Of a stretch of DNA of 64,000 nt, positions 8,342 through 17,933 are shown one piece after another. Source of the DNA: Dehalococcoidia bacterium (GTDB lineage Bacteria; Chloroflexota; Dehalococcoidia; UBA2979). The stretch covers positions 2,080,001-2,144,000 of the forward strand of contig OZ253555.1 of NCBI GenBank assembly GCA_965262725.1. Reading direction: 5' to 3'. The notes beneath the pieces were generated by a model. The model had not been told where the DNA came from, ran no database searches, and saw only the letters and a program-made list of their open reading frames with translations. Within the stretch, counting starts at the first letter, position 1. Each line of letters starts with the position of its first letter. The translations under genes were made by a program, and so were the position numbers.

Positions 8342-10243
8342 CTATCGCAGCAGAGCGCGGATGCTATCCGCGCTCAGGGCGTAGCTGACCCCCTCGATCG
8401 CCGTTCCGACGAGCTTCGCTTGGACGATCCCTATCACGTCCCCGCAGACATCGAGCAGCGGACCCCCGCTGTTTCCCTCGTTCGCGGGCGCGTCGGTGCG
8501 GATGTAGGTCTGGTCGCTCTTGATGAATTGTTCCGAGACGATCCCACGAGTTACGCCGGCCGTGAGCGTTTGCTGGCCCCTTCCGTATCCAAGTACCAGA
8601 GCCTCCGCCCCGTTCGGTGGCCTCTCGCCCCATGTGATCGCTGTGACAGTGGTCTCGGCGACGAGCACCGCGAGATCGAAGTCGACCCGAGCCTCCTTGA
8701 CGGTCGCGGTGATGTCTATCGCCCCGTTCGTCAGCCGGACGCTCGTCTCCCCCGCGACTACATGCTCCGCAGTGAGCCACTCGGAGTTCCCGATGTAGAA
8801 CGCGGTACCCAGGCCCGCGGTCGTGCGCACGAGGGCGACGCTCGGGCTGACACGCGCGGCTGCCGCTTCAGCCGAGCACTCGTCCGGGACCGGCGTCGGG
8901 ACGCGACCCGATGTCGCGGCCGGCGTCCCCGTCGCGCGAGTGGGCAACGGACGAGCGCGGTCGGGCGGGGACGGAGGTGCCGTCGGCGATGCCTGAGTCG
9001 CCGCTGACGCCAGCGAGATGCGCGCCTTGTTGAGCGAGAACAGCGGCTCGTAGATCAACTCCGCGAGCTGCCGGCCGGCCGGCAGCTGAAAGTAGACGTA
9101 CCCGCGGAGGCGGCCTCCGCGGACCAGATAGGCATCCCCGATCTGATCGGGACACGCCGAACTGCACAGGTACGCGTAGGGTTCGTGCGCGATGCCGTTG
9201 GAGTCGACGAGCTTGAAGAAGTACGCGTTGAGGTGATATTCCTCGTCGGCGCCGCCACGGGCATTCACGGCCTCGATCCGGAGACGCAGATTCGCATCGA
9301 CGTAGAGCCCTCCGTCGTGCCGCTCGACATCGAGGACGGTGAGGTTGAGGCTTCCAATCTCGACGATGTCGCCTATGCCCGGCGCTTCCGGTGTCTGCCG
9401 TGGCGTGCGCTGAGGCGTCGGCGCGGGTGCGCGCGTGGGCGTGGGCGCGGCCCTGATCGTTCCGTCGGAACTCGAGACCACCCCGGCGCGTTCGCCCGTC
9501 ACGTGGACTTCGAATGACGTCCGCTTGCGGGCGCCCGCCGCGTCGGTCCAGTGCACCGATCCCGCGACGGCGTGACCTCCGTCGATCTCCGTCACGCGGT
9601 ACCCGTCGAGGCCCTCGCTGTTGCAGTCACCCTGCCAGTCGAGATCGCGACCGGCGACCTCCTGTCGCATGACTGCTTCGGCATCCTTGCACGCGTCCTT
9701 CAGGGTCGTGTCTAGTAGGCTGCCCGCGATGAGCGCCAACGTGAACAGCGGGACGGTCACAGCCCCCACGTACGGCAGCCACGTGTACCGCGCCCCGCGA
9801 GAGAACAGGAACGGGATCGTGACGAGCCACAGGGCGCTACCAGCGACCAGCACGATGCGCAGCCAGTCCGGGAAGCTCGCCGGGTGAAGCCTGCTCCGCT
9901 CACTCGCTTCGGGCGCATGCTGGCTGCGGGTGTCCGTACCCCAATGGTCCGCCCGTATGGTCGCCGGTGCAGCGTCCGTTGTCGGAGACGGAGCAGGCGA
10001 TTGTGGAGCCCCCGATGAGACAGGACTGTCGTCGGCTCGACTGGGCTCGATCGACGCCTCGGGTGCAGGGTGCGCTTCGCGGGGACCGACCGCCGTCGAC
10101 GTCTCCGACGGCCCGAACGACTCGTCGAGGATGCGAGCGCGCTGCGCCTCGTACTCCTCGTCCGTGACCAGGCCGTCGTCGCGGAGGCGCTGGAGCGCGC
10201 GCAGGCGTTCGGTCGCGGGGCGGTTGCTGCCGGGGGAGTCCAC
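8342..10243 (-). CDS. SHOCT + DUF4352-like + trypsin-like serine protease membrane protein
   Basis: N-terminal SHOCT (LQRLRDDGLVTDEEYEAQRARIL), two TM helices, Ig-like DUF4352 region (FKLVDSNG..GYVYFQLP), trypsin motifs LTAEHVV, DLAVL, GNSGGPLL. Confidence 0.85.
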   Translation of the reverse strand: MDSPGSNRPATERLRALQRLRDDGLVTDEEYEAQRARILDESFGPSETSTAVGPREAHPAPEASIEPSRADDSPVSSGAPQSPAPSPTTDAAPATIRADHWGTDTRSQHAPEASERSRLHPASFPDWLRIVLVAGSALWLVTIPFLFSRGARYTWLPYVGAVTVPLFTLALIAGSLLDTTLKDACKDAEAVMRQEVAGRDLDWQGDCNSEGLDGYRVTEIDGGHAVAGSVHWTDAAGARKRTSFEVHVTGERAGVVSSSDGTIRAAPTPTRAPAPTPQRTPRQTPEAPGIGDIVEIGSLNLTVLDVERHDGGLYVDANLRLRIEAVNARGGADEEYHLNAYFFKLVDSNGIAHEPYAYLCSSACPDQIGDAYLVRGGRLRGYVYFQLPAGRQLAELIYEPLFSLNKARISLASAATQASPTAPPSPPDRARPLPTRATGTPAATSGRVPTPVPDECSAEAAAARVSPSVALVRTTAGLGTAFYIGNSEWLTAEHVVAGETSVRLTNGAIDITATVKEARVDFDLAVLVAETTVTAITWGERPPNGAEALVLGYGRGQQTLTAGVTRGIVSEQFIKSDQTYIRTDAPANEGNSGGPLLDVCGDVIGIVQAKLVGTAIEGVSYALSADSIRALLR

Positions 10244-10249
10244 GCGGTC

Positions 10250-10951
10250 CTAGAGCTCCTCAATGATGCGGGCGCGGCGCTCCTCGTGTTGCTCGTCGGT
10301 GATCAGGCCCTCGTCGAGCAGCCGTTGTAGCTCACGCAGCCGGGACGCGGCACTCCCTTCGCGCGCGGTGGACGAGCCCCCGAGGGCGTCCGCGCCCGTG
10401 TAGCGCTCCAGCGGTGGGTCCGCCTCCAGGGACGGCGAACGACGCGAGACCGTGGTGCGTCCGGAGCGCGCGGGGGGCTGCTCGTCGCGCAGGCGCAGCT
10501 CAGCGGCCGTCGACGGACGGAAACCGCCGGGCGAGTACGCGACGTACGTGTGGACGAGCTTGTCCCAGAGGCACTGGCGCTCGTGGTCCCAAATGCACCA
10601 CAGCACGACGGGAAGGTAGAGGAGGAGCCCGACACCACCCGTCGCTCCGCCGATCACGCCAGAGCCCACTCCGAACAGCCACCCCTTGATGACGAACTCG
10701 CGCAGGAATGTGGGCCAGCCGCCTGCGCGGCTGCCGTCCTCGCGCATGACGTACATCCCGAGCAACTGCTTGCCCGGAGTCTGCCCGCGGTGCATGACGA
10801 TCGCAAGCCAGATCAGCCACCCTATGCCGAGCGTCACGAGGGCGACGAGAGCGTCAAGCACGTAGCCGCCGAGGCGACGGCCCGGCGAGGCCGTCTGCAG
10901 TTGCTCCGGCGGGTAGAACGACTCGATGCGGCGTCGCGCTTGCATAGTCAT
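10250..10951 (-). CDS. RDD family membrane protein with C-terminal SHOCT
   Basis: RRLGGYVLD, GQTPGKQLLGM, RQCLWDKLVHTYV RDD motifs; SHOCT LQRLLDEGLITDEQHEERRARII. Confidence 0.85.
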   Translation of the reverse strand: MTMQARRRIESFYPPEQLQTASPGRRLGGYVLDALVALVTLGIGWLIWLAIVMHRGQTPGKQLLGMYVMREDGSRAGGWPTFLREFVIKGWLFGVGSGVIGGATGGVGLLLYLPVVLWCIWDHERQCLWDKLVHTYVAYSPGGFRPSTAAELRLRDEQPPARSGRTTVSRRSPSLEADPPLERYTGADALGGSSTAREGSAASRLRELQRLLDEGLITDEQHEERRARIIEEL

Positions 10952-11187
10952 GTGCCGGCCATCCTCATTCCCGCCATCTCGTGCACTCGATCCCTTCGAG
11001 CAGGGGCGCAAGTGGCCGGATTCTCCCAGAGCGTCGAGCGTATGTCAGTGCCACGCGGGTGAACAGGCGGCCACTGGCTGGACATCGGGGACTTCGCGCG
11101 ATCTGCCGGTTCGCGACAGGCTACTTCCCTCTACAGGAGGCAGCGGGTGTCTCGGCGCTCCGGGCGCATTGGCTAGAACGAGCCCCC

Positions 11188-12000
11188 GAGATCGCCCGTT
11201 ACTGTGAGCGGCAGGGCTACCGTCTGGTCCGCTTCTACGCCGACGAGGGCGTGAGCGCCCATACCGAGCAGATCGAACGGCGTTCTCAACTCATCGCGCT
11301 GCTCGACGACGCCTCGCACGACGAGTTCGACGTGGCGATCGTCCACACGCTAGACCGTTGGTCGCGCAACGTCGGCGTCCAGCGCCAGGCGCTGCAGCGC
11401 CTGAATGCCCATGTGGGCTTCGCGAGCGTCACCGAGAGCCTCGATGTCGCGACTCCCGCCGGCAGGCTCGTGCTCACAATGATCGGCGGCGTGTCGGAGT
11501 TCCTCTCGGACCAGCTTGGCGTCCACGTCAGCAAGTCGAAGAACGTCCGTGCCGAGGGCGGGCTCCCGGTCGGCAACGTGCCCTGCGGGTACCGGGCCAA
11601 CGCGGCGTCGGGCATTGCGGAGCAGATCCCCGGGGAAGTCTCTGCGGTCGCGGGCGCGTTCGAGCGCGGGGCCGCCGGTGACACCAACGGCGTGATCGCG
11701 GACTGGAGCAACGCGCAGGGGTTCACGACGCGCACCGGCCGGTTGTTCACGGCGCATGCCATCAAGGACGTGCTGAACACGCGCTTCGGCTCCGGGATCG
11801 TCTGTTACACGGGGAACGAGTACGCCGGACGGCACGTCGGCATCGTCGACGAGGATCTCGCCGAGCGCGTGCAGCAGCACCGGCGACGCGCCGGTCCGCC
11901 GCGCGGCCTCCACGGGATGCTCTACTGCGGCAACTGCGGTAGCGCGCTGCATTCCGATCGCAACCACGCGGGGTGTCCGCTCTACCGCGAGCGCCACGGC
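11188..12000 (+). pseudogene. Degenerate large serine recombinase (paralog of 28650..30266)
   Basis: YADEGVSAHTE, VHTLDRWSRNVGVQRQAL, MIGGVSEF closely match the 28650 gene; lacks the N-terminal YxRVST catalytic motif and is cut after YRERHG. Confidence 0.8.
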
Positions 12001-12059
12001 GGACCGGATCACCTACAAGACCGCTTGGCACCTCACACACCGCATCCGCGCGGCGATGG

Positions 12060-12491
12060 CCAACGATCCGCTCGAGGGGCCAACGCTGGTGCGGCGTCAT
12101 CGAGGTGGACGCGACCTACGTCGGCGGCAAGGCCGCGGGCAAGGGGAGCGGCTACCTCGGCAACAAGACCATCGTCGCAGGTGCGGTCGAGCGTGCTGGC
12201 CGTGTCCGGCTGGAGCGGATCCCCGACGTGAGGCGCAAGACGCTGCATGGCTTCACCAGCCGCACGGTGCGCGACGAGGCGGAGGCCATCTATACCGACG
12301 AGCTGGCGTCCTACCTGGGCATCGGTGACGACGTCGGGAGCTTCCACAAGGTCAGCTCCAAGCACATCGACCGTTCCCCGTCCGAGTTGGAGTGGCGCTA
12401 CAACAACCGCAAGAACGACCACATCTTCGTCGACACGCTGAGCCGCATCGTCAAGACCGATGAGCTCACGTACCGCACGCTGGTCGCCTAG
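12060..12491 (+). pseudogene. IS1595-family transposase fragment
   Basis: GVIEVDATYVGG, IYTDE, FHKVSSKHIDR..ELEWRYNNR..LTYRTLVA motifs; frameshifted, with N-terminal and internal deletions. Confidence 0.8.
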
Positions 12492-12730
12492 CGGTCGATG
12501 CGCTCGCCGATGACAAGCACTCCCTGTCCGCGCCAGTAGATGCCGAGAGTGCATACCGCGACGAGGATCGTCAGCAGCGTCTTGCCGAAGCTGAACTTGT
12601 CGGGGATGACAAACGCCACGCGATAGCCGTCGGCGTTCAACCTGGGCAGCACGCGCTCGAGCGGGTACTGACCTAGTTTGAAAAACCTCCCTCTAGCCCT
12701 CTAGCCAACCTCTAGCGACCTCTGCGCTAG

Positions 12731-14124
12731 CAGGGTCGGGAAAAAGGCCCCCTTTGGCGCGGCCACGGAGCGAATCACCGCCAAGAGGGCGTATGCGGCG
12801 TCATTTCGGGGCCGATTCTGGCCCCCTCCGGGGCTCTCTCACCCCGTCCGGGCGCCCCGGGACCTACTCCGGGCGCACTACGCCCGTGACAGCGCGGCGT
12901 CGATATTGGCCACGCGCACCAGGTTGTACGCGGCAGCGCCCATCTCCATCCAGAAACCGTTGACCTGTTCGCCGATGTAGCGGAGCTTGCGCCCGCCCCC
13001 CACGGTCTTCAGCCACCCGAAGCTCTCCTCCACCATCTTGCGCCGGCGCTGACTCACCTCGTAGCCGGGCGTCTGCGCCACCTCCTCGGGGATGGCGCTG
13101 TGCTTCGCTCGCCGTGCCACGTGCGGCACGACCCCGAGTTCGCACAGCCCCTCCACGAAGTGCTTCGCGTCGTATCCCTTGTCGGCGCCCAGCGTCGCCC
13201 CCGGTGTCAGGCTGCGCTCGGCCATGGCCAGCGCCGCATCCCGCTCCGCCCGCCCGTGCGCCGTCGTGAGCTCGACGTCGACGATGAGCCCGTTGCGGTT
13301 CTCCGTCATCACATGCCCGATGTAGCTCGGGCGCGCCGCCTGCCCGTTCCCCTTCCGGTACAGGTGCGCGCCGGGATCGGTCGTGCTGACGTGGGTGTCC
13401 CGGTGCCGGCGCTCGCCGCGGAAGTCGACGTCCGGATTGCGGCCCGCAGGCTTGTCCCCGTCCTGCTCGTCGCGTGACCGGTAGCTCTTGTGCGACGCCC
13501 ACGCCTCGAGCTGCGACCCGTCGACCGTGAAGTGCTCCTCGGACAGCAGGTTCCGCTCCCTCGCCTCCCTCACGACTTCCTCGAAGAACCCCCGGGCGAT
13601 GTCGCCGTCAAGGAGCCGGGAGCGGTTCTTCGAGAACGTGGAGCGGTCGAAGGAACCGGGGTCTCCCGGGAGGTCGAGGAACCACTTGAACGCCATGTCG
13701 GACCGCAGCCGCTCGCAGAACTGGCTCTCGCTACGAATCGAGAAGAAGGCGATGAGGAGTGTCGACTTGAGCAGCGTCTCGGGCGGAATCGACGGTCGCC
13801 CGGACTCGCTGTAGAGACCGTCGAAGCGCGGGGAGAGATTGGCGAGCGCCCGGTCGACGATGGGCTTGATGCGTCGGAGCGGGTGGTCGCTGGGGACGAA
13901 CATCTCCGGGTAGGTGAGAGTGGCGCGGCCCTGGTCCTCGCTCTGTCCTCGCATCGATATCCTCCCTCGTGGGGGTCCCTCTTGTATGATCGTTAGTATA
14001 CTCGCATTATCAGTTACAGTCGACCACTACCTGAGGCTTCTGACAGCTACCGGGGGGCGTTTGTTGCACCCGCGGGGCACCGCCGGCCATGCTCCGGGCG
14101 CCCAGGGAGAAAATCACAACCCTG
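12731..14124 (-). mobile_element. IS5-family insertion sequence with CTAG target duplication
   Basis: Ends CAGGGTCGGGAAAAA / AAATCACAACCCTG, flanked by CTAG at 12727-12730 and 14125-14128. Confidence 0.75.
12878..13954 (-). CDS. IS5-family DDE transposase
   Basis: VPSDHPLR, GRPSIPPE, HFTVDGS, STTDP, LGADKGYD, RKMVEESFGWLK motifs. Confidence 0.92.
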   Translation of the reverse strand: MRGQSEDQGRATLTYPEMFVPSDHPLRRIKPIVDRALANLSPRFDGLYSESGRPSIPPETLLKSTLLIAFFSIRSESQFCERLRSDMAFKWFLDLPGDPGSFDRSTFSKNRSRLLDGDIARGFFEEVVREARERNLLSEEHFTVDGSQLEAWASHKSYRSRDEQDGDKPAGRNPDVDFRGERRHRDTHVSTTDPGAHLYRKGNGQAARPSYIGHVMTENRNGLIVDVELTTAHGRAERDAALAMAERSLTPGATLGADKGYDAKHFVEGLCELGVVPHVARRAKHSAIPEEVAQTPGYEVSQRRRKMVEESFGWLKTVGGGRKLRYIGEQVNGFWMEMGAAAYNLVRVANIDAALSRA

Positions 14125-14694
14125 CTAGGGGTAACACGACAGAGCGGAAGCGACTCCCACGGCACCGGTCACATCGAAGGTCGCCGAGTTGGTGTCGTTG
14201 TTGTACGCGCTGACGAACTCGACAAACAGTGTTCCAGCCGCACCAGATAGTGCCTGCGTGAACGCAGCGGTCGCAAACACTGTCGAGTCGGATTCCTCGT
14301 TCGAGTACCAGGTCTCAAGCGTCGGCGCTCTCTGCGAAGCTAAGCGCCAGTTGACGCCTGCGGTGGAGTCGCCACCGTGGAGCAGGAACGGGGTCGTGAT
14401 GAATACGTCGTCGTAGCCATCATTTCCGATCCCACACCGCATGCGCAGCGTGGGCGCCGCTTCCCACGAGTAACCGGAGTCGCTCGTCGCGTCCAAGCTG
14501 TAGCCCTCGTATTTGCCACTGACACCAGAACCGCTGAAGTACTTCCACTCACCGACGCCGACTGGCGCTGCCGTTGGCAGTGCGGCGGTGATCGTTTCCC
14601 GCTGCGCCTCCGGCAACTCAGGCATGAGGCTTGTGAGGTCCACGTCCAACCAGGCGGCGATCAAGATTACGACCGCGAGTATCAACTTATCCAT
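14125..14694 (-). CDS. Exported protein of unknown function (cassette passenger)
   Basis: RBS GGGAGG; hydrophobic N-terminus; PTLRMRCG...ATFDVTG pattern; two Cys. Confidence 0.75.
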   Translation of the reverse strand: MDKLILAVVILIAAWLDVDLTSLMPELPEAQRETITAALPTAAPVGVGEWKYFSGSGVSGKYEGYSLDATSDSGYSWEAAPTLRMRCGIGNDGYDDVFITTPFLLHGGDSTAGVNWRLASQRAPTLETWYSNEESDSTVFATAAFTQALSGAAGTLFVEFVSAYNNDTNSATFDVTGAVGVASALSCYP

Positions 14695-15070
14695 GGGGTG
14701 CCTCCCTGCGGTGAGCGGTGGCTGTCATACTGCCGTCCTCTCTTATCAACTTCCATGTTGCAGTCAAGATTCTATCCGTGTTCTAGACCATAGTTTTTCA
14801 AACTAGGTCAGTGGTCTCGAGCGCGGCCCCTTGACTCTCGCCGCGGAAGGTTCCTACCCAGCCCCCGATATGATCGACTCGGCGCTGGACGTTGAGGGGA
14901 CGGTCGCTCGGCGCGGTCATCCCAGATATCCCATCAAGATTCGTAGGCCCGGGAAGCTGACGGTACTGCGTCGGGCCTGAGCGGCCCGGTGGAGGCCACC
15001 CGGGACGCAGATGTACCGTCGGCCGCGCCGATCCGGCCGCCAGAGCCGCATTTCTGACGCCGATCACGCC

Positions 15071-16921
15071 CCCAGATCGGCGTTTCCGAGCGTCTCACAG
15101 TCCCGGTGAGGCCGCAGCGAGCGCGGTGAAGAGAGAGGTACCTCGCTGGCGCCTTGATCGCTCAAGGCTGGAGAGTGTCTGTACGAAAAGAAAACTCACC
15201 AGCGAGGTGCAGACAGCATGACACGTCAGCGGCTCCCGATCGAGTTCGGCGCCGACACCAACTCCACCGCCCTTACCGCCAGCTCCGGCCTCGTGCTCCC
15301 GCTCCAGTTCATTCAGCGTGCCGGCCTTCTCGACGCCGTCGAACGATTCGTCCCCGATGACTCCACCCAGGGCTGGACCGCGTCGGAGATGGTGGAGGCC
15401 GTGCTCCTGCTCAACATCGCCGGCGGAGAGTCGCTCTCCGATATCGACCACCTGCAGGGCGACCCCGGGCTCGCGCGCGCCATCGACGAGGTCTCGGGGC
15501 GGGGCCTGAATCGGCGCATGCGGCGCTTGTTCGCCCGGACGGCGGTGCGGAAGCGCTGGCGCTGCCGGCGCACACGGAGCGTGCCCTCGGGCTCGGCGCT
15601 CTCCCGCTGGATCCGCCGCCAGCACGACGAGGAGCAGGAGCGCCTGCGCACCACGGGACCGCCCGCCTTCATCCCGGAGCCGTCCCCGACCGTGCGCGGT
15701 CTGGAGCGCGTCAACGCCGACCTGCTCGCATTCCTGAACACGCACCGGCCGCAGTCCTCCGCGACGCTCGACATGGACGCGACGCTGATTGTGACCCAGA
15801 AGCGCGAAGCGCTCTACGCCTACACGAAGGAGAAGGCGTACCAGCCGCACACCGTGTACTGGGCGGAGCAGGACACGGTCGTGCTCTCCGAGTACCGCGA
15901 CGGCAACGTCCCCGCCGGTCACCAGCAGCTGCGCGTGCTCGAGGAATCGCTGGAGCTGCTCCCTTCTGGCGTGGAGCGAGTGTCGATGCGCTCGGACACG
16001 GCGGGGTACCAGCGGGAGCTGCTCCGCTATATGGCGGAGGGCCGCTCCCGATTCGGCGTCATCGAGTTCGTAGTGGGCGTGGACCGCACGACCGAGTTCC
16101 GTCGGGCCGTAGAGGCGATGCCGGAGAGCGAGTGGAAGCCGCTTTCCCGCACTTCCGACGGGACGGTCATCGAGGAGTACGCCGAGGTCGTCTACGTGCC
16201 GAACTGGGCCGGCTACAGCGCGAACGCCCCGGACTACCGGTTCGTGGCGACGCGGGAGCCGCTGCGGCAGCAGGTGCTCCCGGGGATGGAGGAGCAACTG
16301 AATCTGGGCATGCCGCTGCTGCGGGGCCGAGCGGGACGTGTCTACCGGTTCTCGGGAGTGGTGACGAACCGCCACGAGCCAGCGGGCGATGAGGTCATCG
16401 CCTGGTACCGGGCGCGGGCGGGGAAGGGCGAAGAGGTCCACGGCGTGATGAAGACGGACCTGGCGGGCGGCAGGCTCCCGTCGGGGCTGTTCGGAGCGAA
16501 CGCGGTGTGGTGGGCGCTGACGATGCTGGCGTTCAACGTGATGTCGGTGATCAAGCAGTTGCTGCTGGACACGGGGTGGGTGAGCAAGCGGATGAAGGCC
16601 GTGCGTTTCGCCCTGCTGCAGATCCCGGGGCGCCTGGTGCGGCACGCGCGGAAGCTGACGCTTCGCCTGCCGGAGGGCCACCCGGGCACGACGCATCTCT
16701 TCCGGGCGCAGCGGCGACTGCTGGCGCTGCGCGCTCCGCCCCCGATATAGCCGCTGCTCAGTGCGATTCTCGTTGTATGACCCGGCCGCTGCATGCCCGG
16801 GTGGTGTCAAATGGGGCCCGCGCCGGCGAGTCGGAGTCCCTGCGCCGCAGCTTCCGGTGCTCGGGAGGCGCTCGGAGCGGCCTCGCGACCCCGCCAATCC
16901 GCGACACGACGCCGATCAGCG
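15071..16921 (+). mobile_element. IS1380-family element, approximate limits
   Basis: Imperfect IR CCCAGATCGGCGT / ACGCCGATCAGCG; no clear TSD. Confidence 0.5.
15218..16750 (+). CDS. IS1380-family transposase
   Basis: ATLDMDAT, YRDGNVPA, MRSDTAGY, WYRARAGKGEEVHGVMKTDL, FGANAVWW motifs. Confidence 0.92.
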   Translation: MTRQRLPIEFGADTNSTALTASSGLVLPLQFIQRAGLLDAVERFVPDDSTQGWTASEMVEAVLLLNIAGGESLSDIDHLQGDPGLARAIDEVSGRGLNRRMRRLFARTAVRKRWRCRRTRSVPSGSALSRWIRRQHDEEQERLRTTGPPAFIPEPSPTVRGLERVNADLLAFLNTHRPQSSATLDMDATLIVTQKREALYAYTKEKAYQPHTVYWAEQDTVVLSEYRDGNVPAGHQQLRVLEESLELLPSGVERVSMRSDTAGYQRELLRYMAEGRSRFGVIEFVVGVDRTTEFRRAVEAMPESEWKPLSRTSDGTVIEEYAEVVYVPNWAGYSANAPDYRFVATREPLRQQVLPGMEEQLNLGMPLLRGRAGRVYRFSGVVTNRHEPAGDEVIAWYRARAGKGEEVHGVMKTDLAGGRLPSGLFGANAVWWALTMLAFNVMSVIKQLLLDTGWVSKRMKAVRFALLQIPGRLVRHARKLTLRLPEGHPGTTHLFRAQRRLLALRAPPPI

Positions 16922-17189
16922 TTCCGTGACCGCCTCTCGAGCGCCTCGCCAGCCACAGATGGGAAGTTTGGGGTCATAGAGTCTCCTTGCGGCGCAACGC
17001 GAGGTGTCGCTCCGCACGAGGTCGACCACGGCACCAGGCCGCAAGGAGGCACGCAGCCCCCGGTCGGACAGTGTCGCAATCGTGGCTCGTGCGGAGCCGG
17101 CGGAGCATGGGCATCCACGAGGGGCGCTGTCAACGCGAACGCCCATTCGCGCGATTGCATGTGCGAGCGGCGGCCTGGCGGGGGCGCGG

Positions 17190-17538
17190 ATGCTCGCCGA
17201 GATTCGGTGACGTCTCTCGCTTCGAGAACGGATCGAGGCTGGCCAGCTACGCCGGCCTTGCCCCGGTCACCCGCCAGTCCGGCAGCAGCATCCGGGGGCA
17301 GACCCGGAGCCGCCGCGGCAATCACCGGCTCAAGAACGCGATGTACCTCTCCGCTTTCGCCTCGCTGCGCGATCCCGTCTCGCGAGCGTACTCCGACCGG
17401 AAACGGGCCGAGGGAAAGAAACACACCGCAGCCGTCATCTGCCTCGCGCTTCGCCGCTGCGACGTCATCCTGACCATGCTGCGCTCGCGCGAACCGTACC
17501 GCGCCGAGGCTCCTCGTCATGGGTCGGCGGCTGCCTGA
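17190..17538 (+). pseudogene. IS110-family transposase, C-terminal remnant
   Basis: GDVSRF..LASYAGLAPVTRQSGSS..GNHRLK..RKRAEGKKH motifs; the N-terminal DEDD domain is absent. Confidence 0.85.
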
Positions 17539-17784
17539 CGCCGCGCCGGGCATCCCGGGTTACTGGCGCTGGCCCTCGACAGAGAACATGGGGACACCAC
17601 CCGACTGAGCGACGGCTGCGCGGTCCCTCGCGTGCGGAGCAAGACACCTCCGCGGGAGCCACCGGCGACGGTCTGGTTGGCGCCGAGCCGGCAGCTCTGT
17701 CGGCTCCCTCCGCACCATGACGCCTCCACCGCGATGTCCCGGCTCGACGAACTCGCCGCCTACCGTGGGGGGTGCGACGGCGAT

Positions 17785-17854
17785 TGGGACCCGCTGTGAG
17801 CGAATTGTGACCGTTGTGACCGTCCTGGGACCGTCCTGTGACCTCCCTGTGAGC
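17785..17854 (+). promoter_or_regulatory. Phased TG(T/G)GA(C/G) direct-repeat array upstream of the T4SS operon
   Basis: Cores start at 17785, 17795, 17806, 17815, 17826, 17837, 17848; the last four are exactly 11 bp apart. Confidence 0.65.
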
Positions 17855-17933
17855 GCCTGGTAGCAGTCTGACCCCGCATCGCCGCACGCCGTCACCGGGG
17901 CGCGCGTGCGGCGATGCGGAGGGAGGCCGGCCG

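Larger units (their letters stand above)
12664..14815. mobile_element. Non-autonomous mobile insertion cassette (20-bp TIRs, 8-bp TSD) containing a nested IS5
   Basis: Perfect inverted repeats ACTGACCTAGTTTGAAAAAC at 12667-12686 and 14793-14812; direct repeat CTCGAGCG at 12656-12663 and 14816-14823. Confidence 0.85.
12488..14920 (-). pseudogene. 90-aa small membrane protein gene split by the 12664-14815 cassette
   Basis: Removing the insert plus one CTCGAGCG copy joins 14920-14824 to 12663-12488 into MTAPSDRPLNVQRRVDHIGGWVGTFRGESQGAALERVLPRLNADGYRVAFVIPDKFSFGKTLLTILVAVCTLGIYWRGQGVLVIGERIDR*. Confidence 0.8.

Noticed and set aside
12664-14815. Reading the whole block as one IS5 with a passenger gene
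   Set aside because: The IS5 has its own ends and CTAG duplication at 12727-14128, inside the outer TIRs
15056-16918. 11-bp direct repeat GACGCCGATCA as the IS1380 target duplication
   Set aside because: Too long for IS1380, overlaps the IR-like sequence, and its removal gives no recognisable gene
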